DNA of 64,000 nt from Candidatus Poribacteria bacterium (lineage in GTDB: Bacteria; Poribacteria; WGA-4E; WGA-3G): positions 1,225,439 to 1,289,438 of the forward strand of contig OZ250160.1 of NCBI GenBank assembly GCA_965237835.1, written 5' to 3'. The notes under the pieces were generated by a model. It saw only the letters and a program-made list of their open reading frames with translations, was not told where the DNA came from and did no database searches. Every line of letters begins with the position of its first letter. The first letter of the stretch is position 1. Positions 9,187 through 19,974 of the stretch are shown piece by piece. Made by a program: the position numbers and the translations under genes.

Positions 9187-11268
9187 ATGAATTTTTTATC
9201 TCCTACCTCCTTATTTCTATTTGGTCTTGCGATCCCGATAATCGCGCTGTACATTCTTAAGCTGCGGCGGAGACGTGAACCTGTCTCTACCTTGATGTTT
9301 TGGGAACAACTATTCAAAGAGAGACAAACCACATCTCTGTTTCAAAGACTCAAGCATCTCTTATCCCTATTGCTGCAATTGCTGTTTCTGATACTTTTAG
9401 TGCTGGCAGTGGCACGACCACAGTTTGCATTCATTACGAAATCCGCAAGACAACTCATCCTAATTGTTGACCACTCCGCAAGTATGAATGCTGTTCTCAA
9501 ACTTGATCCTGAAAACCCTGATTCCGAATCTCGCTTGGATTCTGCAAAGCAGCAGGCATTACAGATGGTGCAAGGACTCCGTTTTATGGACGAGATGACC
9601 GTCATCAGTTGTCATGAACGTCCTGTAATTCACACGCCATTTACCAATCATCAGAAAACACTCCGACAAGCAATTGAATCGATACAGCCTACCGATATTA
9701 AGACAGATCTCAAGCCAGCGGTAGATTTAGCATATACTGTCGCACAAACAAAACCCAACCCTGAAATCATTATTATGAGCGATTTTCACGCAGTTTCAGA
9801 AGAGACAATCGCACAATTTCAAGATGCACAATCGCAAAGTCAACCATCTGAAGAAGATCAGTCTAAACAACCAACAACTAAACTCCATCTGATTAGGATA
9901 GGTGAAGATAGTGATAATGTTGGCATCACCCAATTTCGTGTCCGCAAAAGTATCGTTAATGCCTTTGATTACGAAACACTATTGACTGTCGTTAACACTT
10001 CTGAGGAAGAAAAGAAGTGTAGTGTTGAGCTATATTTTAACGAGGGCCTCTTTGATGTCCGTCCTTACACACTTGCTCCCGGAGAGAAGAAATCCGAAAT
10101 TTTCAGCAATTTTACTTTTGAAGGTGGGGAACTAAAAGCTGTATTAGATATTACAGATGTTTTACCTACAGATAATGTAGCTTACGCAACACTGCCTAAA
10201 CGTGAACGTCTTTCCGTTTTGCTAGTTACAAATGAAAATCTGTTTCTTGAAAAAGCACTCTCCGTTGATGATAAACTAAACCTTAGTGTTATGACCCCGG
10301 AGGAATATGAGAATGCACCTAAAACCGCGGAGGTTGTTATCTTCGACCGCTTCAGTCCAACGACGCTTGGCGATGGAAATTATATGTTTATCTATCCTCC
10401 CAAAACCGATAATCCGACTGATGATGGTGCAACCAACCCAGTTCTAACTTGGAACATCGGAGAATCACTGGAAACCCCGATTATTACCGATTGGGAACGG
10501 ACACATCCGATTTTGCAACATGTCCATTTGGAGAATGTCCTAATCGGTAAGGCATACGAGGTTACACCACCATCTACTGCCCAGATTTTAGCACGTTCAT
10601 TTGAATCACCTGTGCTGTTCATTGATGTTACACCGAACAGAAAGATTGTCTTTTCTGCTATTAACATCTTGGAGTCTGATCTGCCATTGCGCATCGCATT
10701 TCCTGTCATTATTGCCAACATGCTCCAGTGGTTCCAACAAGATCAAGGGATGCAGGAATATCACATGCACACAGGCGAAGTGCTACGTTATAAGATTGAG
10801 TCGGAGCCTATTCCTGACACAGAAACTAATGTGGAAAACGATGACACTTCTGAATCCACACAAAAGACTGTCCTGATTACCGGTCCTGAAGAGAAAACAT
10901 GGGATGTTGCTGTCGAGAATGATGAGATGCTCTTCGATCAGACACAGCAGGCAGGGTTTTATAAGTTGAGTCTCTCAAATGAACCAGCACCCGATAACCA
11001 AGAAAAACCCACTGCTGACAATCAAGATGAACTTGCAGCCGACAACGAAGAAACAGATGAACCGGTGCAGTCATGGGCAGTCAATCTTGCAAGCGAGACA
11101 GAATCTCACATCGGTATTACTGATGGAATTGAAAACCTATTAGCAGATTCAGAGGTTATAGGGGGCGGTTCATTCTTCCGTTACCCGCCTTGGATATACT
11201 TAGTATTTCTCGCTGTAATCTTAACCGTCGTTGAGTGGTTCCTATATCAGCGAAGAAGGATAGAATAA
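9187..11268 (+). CDS. BatA-like protein: N-terminal double-TM aerotolerance domain + vWA-like region
   Basis: 693 aa; MNFLSPTSLFLFGLAIPIIALYILKLRRRREP...FQRLKHLLSLLLQLLFLILLVLAVARP, C-terminal TM. Confidence 0.7.
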   Translation: MNFLSPTSLFLFGLAIPIIALYILKLRRRREPVSTLMFWEQLFKERQTTSLFQRLKHLLSLLLQLLFLILLVLAVARPQFAFITKSARQLILIVDHSASMNAVLKLDPENPDSESRLDSAKQQALQMVQGLRFMDEMTVISCHERPVIHTPFTNHQKTLRQAIESIQPTDIKTDLKPAVDLAYTVAQTKPNPEIIIMSDFHAVSEETIAQFQDAQSQSQPSEEDQSKQPTTKLHLIRIGEDSDNVGITQFRVRKSIVNAFDYETLLTVVNTSEEEKKCSVELYFNEGLFDVRPYTLAPGEKKSEIFSNFTFEGGELKAVLDITDVLPTDNVAYATLPKRERLSVLLVTNENLFLEKALSVDDKLNLSVMTPEEYENAPKTAEVVIFDRFSPTTLGDGNYMFIYPPKTDNPTDDGATNPVLTWNIGESLETPIITDWERTHPILQHVHLENVLIGKAYEVTPPSTAQILARSFESPVLFIDVTPNRKIVFSAINILESDLPLRIAFPVIIANMLQWFQQDQGMQEYHMHTGEVLRYKIESEPIPDTETNVENDDTSESTQKTVLITGPEEKTWDVAVENDEMLFDQTQQAGFYKLSLSNEPAPDNQEKPTADNQDELAADNEETDEPVQSWAVNLASETESHIGITDGIENLLADSEVIGGGSFFRYPPWIYLVFLAVILTVVEWFLYQRRRIE

Positions 11269-11299
11269 AATCACCTAATCTTCGGGCTGGAGCCCCTAC

Positions 11300-11722
11300 C
11301 TTATGAAGTTTAAGTATTTAAATCGGTAAACCCGATTTCCCCGGGGCTGGTAGGTGCGGTTTCCTAACCGCACCATTAGCGTCAATTTAAGAAAATGTCT
11401 GCGTTTTATAAACACCTCTCAATAACCATGAGGACTGAGATTGTCTTATATTTAGTCCCGTAGGGACGATATGTTTATAGTACCTCGTCCCGCAAACCCA
11501 TCTCTTCAGCTCCGTAGGAGCGATATGTGTATAACGTCTTATATAAACATTCCGCTCCTACGGAGCTCTAAGAGATTAAGGACATCGTTTTCTATAAACA
11601 TTGCGTCCCTACGGGACTAAAGAGAATTCTCATATTTGAAAACCACTAAATTGACGCTTATGGTGCGGTTTCCTAACCGCACCGATAGGTTGGAATCAAG
11701 TTAATATGGTATAACAAGGCTT
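11300..11722. repeat. composite family-A MITE-like element (~420 bp), inverted copy at 30379..30774
   Basis: Ends carry GGTGCGGTTTCCTAACCGCACC hairpins and gcgtcaatttaa/ttaaattgacgc inverted repeats; interior has four ~24-bp palindromic modules; right terminus ttggaatcaagttaatatggtata. Confidence 0.85.
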
Positions 11723-11887
11723 GCATAAATCCGGTTCGGATCAAGGCAAAACGATGGTAACCTATTCCAGAAGATGAACGCATCATTTTCTTTAAAAACG
11801 CTACTATATGCAAACAGACTTGACATATAGTGCTACTATATGCAAACAGACTTGACATATAGTAGCACTATGCGATACTATAAGTGT

Positions 11888-12100
11888 ATGGTAAAAAGAC
11901 AATTCTGGCTCAATCGAATCGAAATTGCTTGGGAACGCCGTTCGGTCGTATGGCTGTCAGGAGTGCGCCGAGTCGGAAAAACTTGCTTATGTCAAACACT
12001 TCCAGATATTGAATATTTTGATTGCGAACTACCTCGCGTAAGGCGATTGATGGAAGATCCGCAAGGATTTCTTGGTAGTATTGGGAACGGAAGGATCGTA
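11888..12100 (+). pseudogene. N-terminal fragment of COG1373 AAA ATPase (DUF4143 family), interrupted by IS
   Basis: MVKRQFWLNRIEIAWERRSVVWLSGVRRVGKT... then frame runs into IS right end. Confidence 0.7.
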
Positions 12101-13440
12101 CTTGGTCATAGCACCCACCACCTAAAGGCGGGGGCTTGTGCTTCACAGACAACAACAATCCCGAAGGATTGACTTATATCGTCTCCACGTGGGGTTCTAA
12201 GCAGCCCCTAAGTATGTTTATAGCAGCATTGATGTCTCTGTCGTGGTGGGAGCCACATTTTGGACATGTCCACTGTCTATCTCTAAGAGAAAGATTATCG
12301 TTATGATACCCGCAATCGGAACAAGGTTTCGTTGTCGCAGTCCACTGTCCAACTTGATGGAACTCACGATTATGTTTGAAACATTTGAACTTCAATATCT
12401 CAACAAACTGATAGAAGGCAAGGTCAGAGACTTTACGTCCCCAAAGCCTTTTCATACCGTCAAGGTTCAGCGTTTCGGTTGCGATGAAGTCAAACCTTCG
12501 GCAAAGGTCGGTGGCAAGTTTCCAATGCCAGTCTCTACGTTGGTTGCTGACTTTGCTATAGAGTATAGCGAGTGCTCTGACAGCACGCCCCCAGTTGCCA
12601 GAACCTCTAACTTTACGACTAACATTTTTGTTAAGGGTTCTCAACTTGTTCAAAGATTGTTTCGAGAATTGTGGGCTCTGTATCTTTTCACCAGTGCTAA
12701 GCGTCAAAAAGGTTTTCAATCCAAAGTCTATCCCTACGCTCTTACCCGTAGCAGACAAGACTTCTTTGCTTGTGTCATCAGTGATAATATAGACCCAGTA
12801 TTCTCCTGCAGCGTCTCGGAGGATTTGGACATAGCGGACATTACCTTGACAGTCGCGGTGCTGATGGAAAGAATACCAGATACGGTCAAACTTCAAAGAT
12901 TGTGTTTTATCATTCCACGTTTTGAAAGAGATACGGAGACGCCCATTCTCAAGTCTGTATCCTGTTGGAAATTTAGCAGAGCGCATCTTGTGTGGTTTTT
13001 TCAATTTAGGCAAACCAACCTTTTTGCCACCATTCTTTTTATAGACAAAAAAACGTTGGTAAGCAGTGTCAAGACGGATGATAACAGCGTCAAGTGTGTC
13101 TCTTGGTATCCAAGCCCAGTGTTTTTTAGTCCGGTTGAGCAACTTCGTCAAATGCGGTTGCAGACGATACCTGCCAGCATATTTACCATAAATGCGGAAG
13201 TACCGTTGCTCAAGACGCAGGAAGTGATTATGCACGGCTGCCAAATCGTCAAGCATATTACCCAAACGTTTGTTTTTACCATGATTGCGTATCTTGTGTT
13301 TGTAGGTGCGCATCGCTTATATCCTTCACATTGCTTTCCGATACTATTCGGTTGGTAGGGACTATCTCAAGCGAGATAGATAGTATTCCCTACCAGCAAT
13401 GCTAAATATAGCATAACATAGATTGGCATTATTTGTCAAC
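12101..13440 (-). mobile_element. IS605-family (IS1341-like, tnpB-only) insertion sequence
   Basis: Intact tnpB, downstream right-end hairpin ccccgcctttaggtggtggg, upstream left-end hairpin cccctacctgaaggcagggg; splits the COG1373 ATPase gene. Confidence 0.75.
12174..13313 (-). CDS. tnpB: IS605 OrfB-family transposase-associated RNA-guided nuclease
   Basis: 379 aa; RuvC-like motifs and C-terminal zinc finger CSDCGYHNDNLSLRDRQWTCPKCGSHHDRDINAAINI; 371-aa antisense ORF is a shadow. Confidence 0.9.
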   Translation of the reverse strand: MRTYKHKIRNHGKNKRLGNMLDDLAAVHNHFLRLEQRYFRIYGKYAGRYRLQPHLTKLLNRTKKHWAWIPRDTLDAVIIRLDTAYQRFFVYKKNGGKKVGLPKLKKPHKMRSAKFPTGYRLENGRLRISFKTWNDKTQSLKFDRIWYSFHQHRDCQGNVRYVQILRDAAGEYWVYIITDDTSKEVLSATGKSVGIDFGLKTFLTLSTGEKIQSPQFSKQSLNKLRTLNKNVSRKVRGSGNWGRAVRALAILYSKVSNQRRDWHWKLATDLCRRFDFIATETLNLDGMKRLWGRKVSDLAFYQFVEILKFKCFKHNREFHQVGQWTATTKPCSDCGYHNDNLSLRDRQWTCPKCGSHHDRDINAAINILRGCLEPHVETI

Positions 13441-13485
13441 AGAAAAAGGAGCGGGCTTTCCTCCCCTACCTGAAGGCAGGGGTCT

Positions 13486-14184
13486 CCAGCCCGAAGATTA
13501 GATGAATTTCAAGAATGGATAGATGCATATTGGGCAAAAGATATCCAAGAACTGTTTCGACTTGAGCGGCGTTATTCGTTTCAGAAATTTGCAGAACTCC
13601 TTATAGCACAGAGCGGTGGTATTTTTGAAGCAACCCGCTTCGCAGCCCCATGTGAGGTAAGTCGTGGCACTATCGCAAACTACCTCTCAATATTAGATGC
13701 TACCTTTGTGGTAAATATAATCCGTCCTTTCAGTTCCCGTCGCTCAACCGAAATTGTTGCGGCACCAAAGGTATATGGATTTGACACAGGTTTTGTCTGT
13801 TATTACCAAGGGTGGTCACAACTGAGACAAGAAGATCGCGGACTACTTTGGGAACACATTGTTCTCAACGAGATTATGGCACATACACAATTACGCAATA
13901 TTCAATACTGGCGTGACAAAAGAGGGCATGAAGTCGATTTTGTACTCACACGCGCACGTGAAATACCAGTTGCTGTTGAGTGTAAGTGGACTGCATCAGG
14001 ATTTTCACCACGACAACTTCTTGCATTTCGTAGACAATATCCGGAGGGGAAGAATTTTGTTGTCGCCCACGATGTAGATCATCCTTTTGCAAAAGAATAT
14101 AATGGAATTTTGGTTAAATTTGTCAATTTGGATTCGTTGATTGATGAAATTTGCACCAGCATGGAAAACTATAAACATGAATAG
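13486..14184 (+). pseudogene. C-terminal fragment of COG1373 ATPase (DUF4143 domain)
   Basis: Open frame from 13486: ...DEFQEWIDAYWAKDIQELFRLERRYSFQKFAELLIAQSGGIFEATRFAAPCEVSRGTIANYLSILDATFV...; central ~100 aa of family missing. Confidence 0.7.
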
Positions 14185-14428
14185 AAAAACATTAAGTTGA
14201 TTGAAACACTCACAAGTGTTAGCAAATTGGTGAAAGCACTGACCAAAGAAATTCAACGACTCAATGATAAAAAACCAGACTTCGAACTTCTTCTTGTATA
14301 TCTTAGAAACGAAACTCATGGTATCTATTTGGCACACACCGCTCTTTCCGATGCACGAAATACACATTATGAATTCCAAAATGCTAAAATTAAGAGTAAA
14401 CCATAGAATTGTAATTTAACCATACAGA

Positions 14429-15367
14429 ATGATACCTCCAATAAATGGAGCACACATGTTAGAAAGGACTGATACCTCAACCGATAATACAAGTGAAACA
14501 CCAATGCTCCAACCAATGGGGGTTGGCGATATTCTGGATACCACATTTAGTCTTTATCGAAAACATTTTCTCATGTTTTTGGGGCTTACAAGTATTTACT
14601 TTTTTGGACTTCTATTAGAATATTCACTAAAAGGGTTTATAACGGAAAAAACCCAAAAAGCCTTAATATCAGCCCTTGCTGCGATGCCTTTTGCAATCGT
14701 AAGTGTAGGTGGCGTAGTCTTCGCAAGTGCAACAGTCTACTTAGGCAACGACACGACCAGTGGTGCTTCACTTCGGCAGGTATTCAGACGGTTTTTTCCG
14801 ATGTTATGGAGTCATCTAATATGGAGATTGACCCTTGTTATTTCATTAGTCAGTTTTACTGCCTTATTGCTTTTGATCGTCCGCAGAAATATAATCGGCA
14901 TGCTTGTCCTATTCGTTTTTCCGTTATGTATTTATTATATGGTATGTTGGGTGTTCCACATGCCAATTGTCCTGCTTGAAGAGCCACGTGTGATGTACGC
15001 TCTGAGGCGAAGTTCTGAACTTGTTCGTAGTAAGTGGTGGCAAATACTTGGAATTCTAATCTTAATTCTTTTAGCGAGTTATGCGATTGCAATCATTTTT
15101 AAGTTATCACTTGGCTTCATCCTCATTTTCACAAAATTGGCTGGCAATACAGACTTAAGAAATATTGTTGAGTGGTCAATACTAGAGACTGTCCTTGATA
15201 GCGACAACTTCCTCTTTTATACAATTATGACATGCACCGATCTAATTATGACTGCCCTTGTTTTTCCAATATGGGTAATTGGGGTCACACTTCTATATTT
15301 TGACAGGCGGGTACGCAAAGAAGGTTATGATATTGAGTTAACTGCAAACAATCCTATAGCCATTTAG
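14429..15367 (+). CDS. hypothetical polytopic membrane protein
   Basis: 312 aa, 6-7 predicted TM helices. Confidence 0.55.
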   Translation: MIPPINGAHMLERTDTSTDNTSETPMLQPMGVGDILDTTFSLYRKHFLMFLGLTSIYFFGLLLEYSLKGFITEKTQKALISALAAMPFAIVSVGGVVFASATVYLGNDTTSGASLRQVFRRFFPMLWSHLIWRLTLVISLVSFTALLLLIVRRNIIGMLVLFVFPLCIYYMVCWVFHMPIVLLEEPRVMYALRRSSELVRSKWWQILGILILILLASYAIAIIFKLSLGFILIFTKLAGNTDLRNIVEWSILETVLDSDNFLFYTIMTCTDLIMTALVFPIWVIGVTLLYFDRRVRKEGYDIELTANNPIAI

Positions 15368-15550
15368 GAACTATCTTGATTTACCTGATTTGTAAATCAA
15401 AGTCACACTGAACCCTAAGAACATTCAGTGTCGATTTAGTGTTTCATTAAATCCACTAAAGGATTCTACATTTATAATTGTCATTGTCATTGTCAAATTG
15501 TCTGTGGTATACTTTTTAAGTTGAAAATGCTTTATCAAAACACTACTGAT

Positions 15551-15639
15551 ACCCAATTAACGTGATTAGAAGTTTTCTCATAGCGGTTAGCATTGCGAGG
15601 CACGGGGACCTCGCGCTACAGATCGGGTTAATTTGGTAT
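15551..15639. repeat. family-B MITE-like element ending ttaatttggtat 36 bp before the 15675 start codon
   Basis: acccaattaacg...attgcgaggcacggggacctcgcgctaca...gggttaatttggtatga. Confidence 0.8.
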
Positions 15640-15674
15640 GAGACTATTAAAACACATACAAATAACACAAAAAT

Positions 15675-18254
15675 ATGGAAATTACACGACCATTTTTACT
15701 ATTACTGTTGCTATTAATACCAGTCCTTTACTACGGTTTTCGACGCAGCCTGGTAGATTTGTCTCGAACCCAGCGACTAATTAGCCTATGTATCAGAATC
15801 ATTATTGTTCTGCTACTTATCCTAAGTGTAGCAGATCTCCAATATCTGAAAACAGGTGATAAACTTACAGTGATGTTTCTGGCAGATATTTCTGATAGCA
15901 TTTCAGAGGATGGCTTAAAAAAATCAACGGAATATATCAGCGAAGCAATCAAATCACGTAATGGGAATCAAGAAACCGGTATTATAGCCTTTACTGAAAA
16001 AGCCGAAATTCTTGAAGACCCTGATATTCAAGATCAGGAAAAGTCGGAAGGGGAATTTAAACTCGTTGAAATCAAGAAAACTTGGTTGGATGAGAATGAG
16101 GATGTTGGCGACACTACGAATATCGCACAAGCAATTGAAACGGCATGGAGTGTTTTCCCCGCGAATGCAAACAAAAGGATTGTCCTGATAACGGATGGTA
16201 TTGAAACACAGGGGGATGCTATTCACACTGGACTGCGTGGGAAAGACTTCGGTATACAGATTGACACGGTGCCTATTTATCCAAGCGATGAACCGGAGGT
16301 AATGGTACAGCGAATTGAGGCACCGGCACAGGTCAAACAAGGGGCACCCTTTAATCTTGAAGTGCTTATCCACAGCAATCATGAAGATATTGCAGAAATC
16401 CGTCTATCTAAAAACAAGTTTGAGGCAGCCAAAAAAGAGGTCCGTCTCGTTGAAGGCGAAAATCGCGTTGTTTTTACTGAAACATCTATGGAAAGCGGAA
16501 CATTAACCTATGACGCAATTTGTCGCACGACACAAGACACCCGCTATGACAACAATCGTGCATTCGGTATCGTTTCAGTTTCTGGTAAACCTAGAGTCTT
16601 GCTCATTGATGAGAACGAATCCCAAACTCGATACTTAATGCGTGTTCTTGAAGATGCTAAGATCCGTGTTGATGTGCGCAACGGATTAGGCGTTCCGAAT
16701 GAACTTGCTGATCTCCAAAACTATGAACTTATTGTCTTTAGCGATGTTCCCGCTAACCGTCTAAACGAGAAACAGATGGAACTTATCCGCACTTATGTCC
16801 AAGACCTTGGAGGCGGATTTATGATGCTCGGTAGTGAGAACAGTTATGGATTGGGTGGCTACTACAAGACCCCAATTGAAGAAATTTTACCTGTTCGAAC
16901 CGACACCGAAAAGAAGAAGGAAACCCCCTCCTTAGCAATGGTGCTCGTGATTGACAAGTCAGGAAGTATGGGTGGTACCAAGATAGAATTAGCAAAAGAG
17001 GCAGCACGTGCAACCGTGGAACTGCTCGGTCCGCGCGATAAAATCGGAATTATCGCTTTTGATGGTTCACCCTTCTGGATTACAGAGATGCATGATGCCT
17101 CTGACAAACAATTCATATCAAATCAGGTTGGTTCAATCGTAGCAAGTGGCGGCACAAATCTCTATCCGGCACTGCAACAGGCATATTATGCACTAACAGA
17201 GACAACTGCCAAACTCAAGCACGTCATCGTTCTTAGCGATGGACACTCACAAGGTGGGGATTGGTATGGTATTGCCAATTCTATGCATTCAGAACAGATC
17301 ACTATTTCTTCAGTCGGTATCGGTAGTGGTGCAGACATGAATCTGTTAGGTAACCTTGCCAAGTGGGGTGGTGGACGCGACTATTTCACGCAAGACCCTT
17401 ATAATATCCCGCAAATCTTTGCTAAGGAAACCGTAACCGCTTCCAAATCAGCTATCATTGACGAACCGTTCATCCCCCAACGTATCAAACCGACCCAAGT
17501 TTTGAGTGGGATTGACCTTGGACTCGCGCCTTTCCTACTCGGGTACGTATCAACCCAACCACGCCCCACCGCTGAAATTTTCCTTGTTTCCGATCGTGGT
17601 GATCCAATTCTGGCAAGTTGGCAATACGGTTTAGGGAAATCTGTCGCATTCACCTCTGATGCAAAAGCTCGATGGGCAACGGATTGGTTAGAATGGCCCG
17701 GCTACGGTAAGTTCTGGACTCAACTTGTCCGTGATACAATGCGAAAAACAACACTCAGCAATTTTCAAGCAGAAATCACCAAAGAAAAGGGAGTAGCACA
17801 TCTTGCGATTGATGCGCTCAGTGAAGAAGGTCAGTTCCTGAACGAATTGGACAGCGAAATTTCACTTATCGGTCCCGATCTCAAAAAGAAGCAACTAACA
17901 ATCTCACAAACCTCACCCGGACGATATGAACTTGATTTTCCAACGCAAGATGTCGGTCCCTATTTCCTGAACATCATGCAAAAACAAGGAAGCGAAATTG
18001 TTAATACCCAAGTAACTGGCACTGTCGTTTCCTATCCTGAAGAATATATTGTTCACAACGCGAATGAATCGCTTCTAACACAACTCTCATCTGTGTCTGG
18101 TGGAAAATTCAACATTTCTGCTGAGGACGCATTCCGTTCCCCCGAAAATCCTGTAACGCTTCGGATTCATCTGTGGCGTCCCTTCCTTATCGTCGCGTTA
18201 ATCCTTTTACTCATTGATATTGCACTGCGCCGTATTGATATGAGACGTTCCTAA
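15675..18254 (+). CDS. large BatA_N + von Willebrand factor A domain protein with GATase1-like region
   Basis: 859 aa; N-terminal double-TM aerotolerance domain; vWA MIDAS region MVLVIDKSGSMGG...GGTNLYPAL; C-terminal TM. Confidence 0.8.
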   Translation: MEITRPFLLLLLLLIPVLYYGFRRSLVDLSRTQRLISLCIRIIIVLLLILSVADLQYLKTGDKLTVMFLADISDSISEDGLKKSTEYISEAIKSRNGNQETGIIAFTEKAEILEDPDIQDQEKSEGEFKLVEIKKTWLDENEDVGDTTNIAQAIETAWSVFPANANKRIVLITDGIETQGDAIHTGLRGKDFGIQIDTVPIYPSDEPEVMVQRIEAPAQVKQGAPFNLEVLIHSNHEDIAEIRLSKNKFEAAKKEVRLVEGENRVVFTETSMESGTLTYDAICRTTQDTRYDNNRAFGIVSVSGKPRVLLIDENESQTRYLMRVLEDAKIRVDVRNGLGVPNELADLQNYELIVFSDVPANRLNEKQMELIRTYVQDLGGGFMMLGSENSYGLGGYYKTPIEEILPVRTDTEKKKETPSLAMVLVIDKSGSMGGTKIELAKEAARATVELLGPRDKIGIIAFDGSPFWITEMHDASDKQFISNQVGSIVASGGTNLYPALQQAYYALTETTAKLKHVIVLSDGHSQGGDWYGIANSMHSEQITISSVGIGSGADMNLLGNLAKWGGGRDYFTQDPYNIPQIFAKETVTASKSAIIDEPFIPQRIKPTQVLSGIDLGLAPFLLGYVSTQPRPTAEIFLVSDRGDPILASWQYGLGKSVAFTSDAKARWATDWLEWPGYGKFWTQLVRDTMRKTTLSNFQAEITKEKGVAHLAIDALSEEGQFLNELDSEISLIGPDLKKKQLTISQTSPGRYELDFPTQDVGPYFLNIMQKQGSEIVNTQVTGTVVSYPEEYIVHNANESLLTQLSSVSGGKFNISAEDAFRSPENPVTLRIHLWRPFLIVALILLLIDIALRRIDMRRS

Positions 18255-18279
18255 ACCTATTGTACATTAACGTGAGTTC

Positions 18280-18610
18280 GATAAACAGATTCAACAGGGT
18301 TATTTAGTTTTAGGCTTTTTGTCCATTTTAGACGAAAAGTCGCGATTCGGAGATCGCTCCTACAGCGGAAAGTCTTAGATTGAAAACCTAAATATTCGGA
18401 GAACTAAATAGCCCTGCAGATTCAATGACTACTGCTTTGTCCACCTAATTTTTGTGGTTTGTAGGTCGGGTAGAGCGTCCGCGAAACCCTCTGCTCTACC
18501 CGACCTACAATATTTTGGTGGACATAGCACTACTGTCCGTTGGGTAGAACGGAATCCACAATAAAATCCGACACAAAAAAGTGATTCATCCTCCATTTAA
18601 GATGTTTTAG
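18280..18610. repeat. nested repeats: family-H element (ttaacgtgagttcgata terminus) containing a family-C element (18297..18414)
   Basis: 18541-18610 is reverse complement of 52470-52540; family-C core gtcgcgattcggagatcgctcctacagcggaaag. Confidence 0.75.
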
Positions 18611-18612
18611 GA

Positions 18613-19974
18613 TTAAATTGAATAGATCATTCGACTCGCTTCTTCAAATTCAGGTTCAAGCGGGTCAGTGGATAGGTATAACTTTTGATATGGTTCATAA
18701 AGTTGGATATAACTCCAATTTACGCCACAAAGAACTTTTCCATTATTAACAAGTTTGATAAATCTACCGCGAAATTTAGCACGTGTGTTTTGAGGGGGGG
18801 CATGCATAGCGCGGCGAATCTGAGAATCATCTAAAATCCGTTCAGTCAACCCTCGTTTTTCGGCTTTGTAGAAAATGCTGTCATCTTGTCGAATGTTGTG
18901 GTATTCCAAATCTAAACGTTTCACTTCAGCGGAATCCCAGCCTATAGAACGGTGGTTGACGTAGGTTTCAATCCATTTTCGCTTGATGACCCAATCAAGT
19001 TCACGATCCAACTGCATTGGATCATCTTCAAGACAAGTCATAACATATTCCCAACGCGCCATAACTTCATCGGTCGTTGGATCAGATTCTGCCTGCTCAA
19101 GATACTTTTTTGCACACTCAAAGTATTGCCATTGAAGCTCAATTGCAGATAGCCGTTTCCCGTTCTCGAGTTCAATTAGTCGTTTGCAGGATATATCTTC
19201 AGATATTTCGTGAATGGCTTGCACAGAATTACGGAGTGCAAACCTTTCATTGATAAAATGATCCTCAATCATACGGAGGATAATCCCAGTTGTTCCGACT
19301 TTCAAAAATGTTGAAAATTCGGACATATTAGAATCACCTACGATGACATGCAATCGTCTATATTTCTCTCTGTCAGCGTGGGGTTCGTCTCGTGTGTTGA
19401 TAATGCCACGAGCGGTAGTTGTAGCGATGGAAATTTCTTCTCGGATATGTTGTGCGCGTTGCGAAATCTCATAGTAGCCTTGATCACTATGTTTGACTTT
19501 TCCCGCGCCCGAGAAAATTTGCCGAGTGACAAAAAAAGGGATGAGTTGTGATGCCAACTGCCGAAAACTAACTTTTTCGCGCTCCATCAGATAGTTTTCA
19601 TGACATCCGTAGGTATTGCCTACTGTATCTAAGTTATTTTTAAATATTGAGATTTTACCTCGAAACCCATCAGTACGCATCCTGCGTTCAGCAGTGGTGG
19701 CAAGCCGTGTGACGATTCGTTCCCCTGCTTTATCGTGTGCGACCAGTTCAATTACGTCATCACATTCAGGAGTGGCATATTCAGGATGGCATCCAATGTC
19801 TTGATAAAACCGTGCGCCGTTTTCCAAAAACACATCCGGATACATTCTCCCAGAAATTATTTCACGAAACAGATACATCACGACATTCTGAACAGTAAGT
19901 TTTTTGCTTTTGTTTTTCTCTGGGGTACAGATTATCCCGTATTCGGTTTCCAATCCGTATATTCTACGATGCAT
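18613..19974 (-). CDS. pafA: Pup-protein ligase
   Basis: 453 aa; MHRRIYGLETEYG, NGARFYQDIGCHPEYATPECD, NTRDEPHADREKYRRLHVIVGDSNMSE; lacks the Dop-specific insertion. Confidence 0.9.
   Translation of the reverse strand: MHRRIYGLETEYGIICTPEKNKSKKLTVQNVVMYLFREIISGRMYPDVFLENGARFYQDIGCHPEYATPECDDVIELVAHDKAGERIVTRLATTAERRMRTDGFRGKISIFKNNLDTVGNTYGCHENYLMEREKVSFRQLASQLIPFFVTRQIFSGAGKVKHSDQGYYEISQRAQHIREEISIATTTARGIINTRDEPHADREKYRRLHVIVGDSNMSEFSTFLKVGTTGIILRMIEDHFINERFALRNSVQAIHEISEDISCKRLIELENGKRLSAIELQWQYFECAKKYLEQAESDPTTDEVMARWEYVMTCLEDDPMQLDRELDWVIKRKWIETYVNHRSIGWDSAEVKRLDLEYHNIRQDDSIFYKAEKRGLTERILDDSQIRRAMHAPPQNTRAKFRGRFIKLVNNGKVLCGVNWSYIQLYEPYQKLYLSTDPLEPEFEEASRMIYSI

Noticed and set aside
11449-11626. 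CRISPR-like repeat-spacer array inside the composite element
   Set aside because: The four 24-bp modules alternate in orientation (nested palindrome) and the whole block is duplicated identically at 30470-30650, so it is a structured MITE interior and not an array.
12243-13358. 371-aa plus-strand ORF
   Set aside because: Antisense shadow of the well-supported tnpB on the minus strand; no recognisable motifs.
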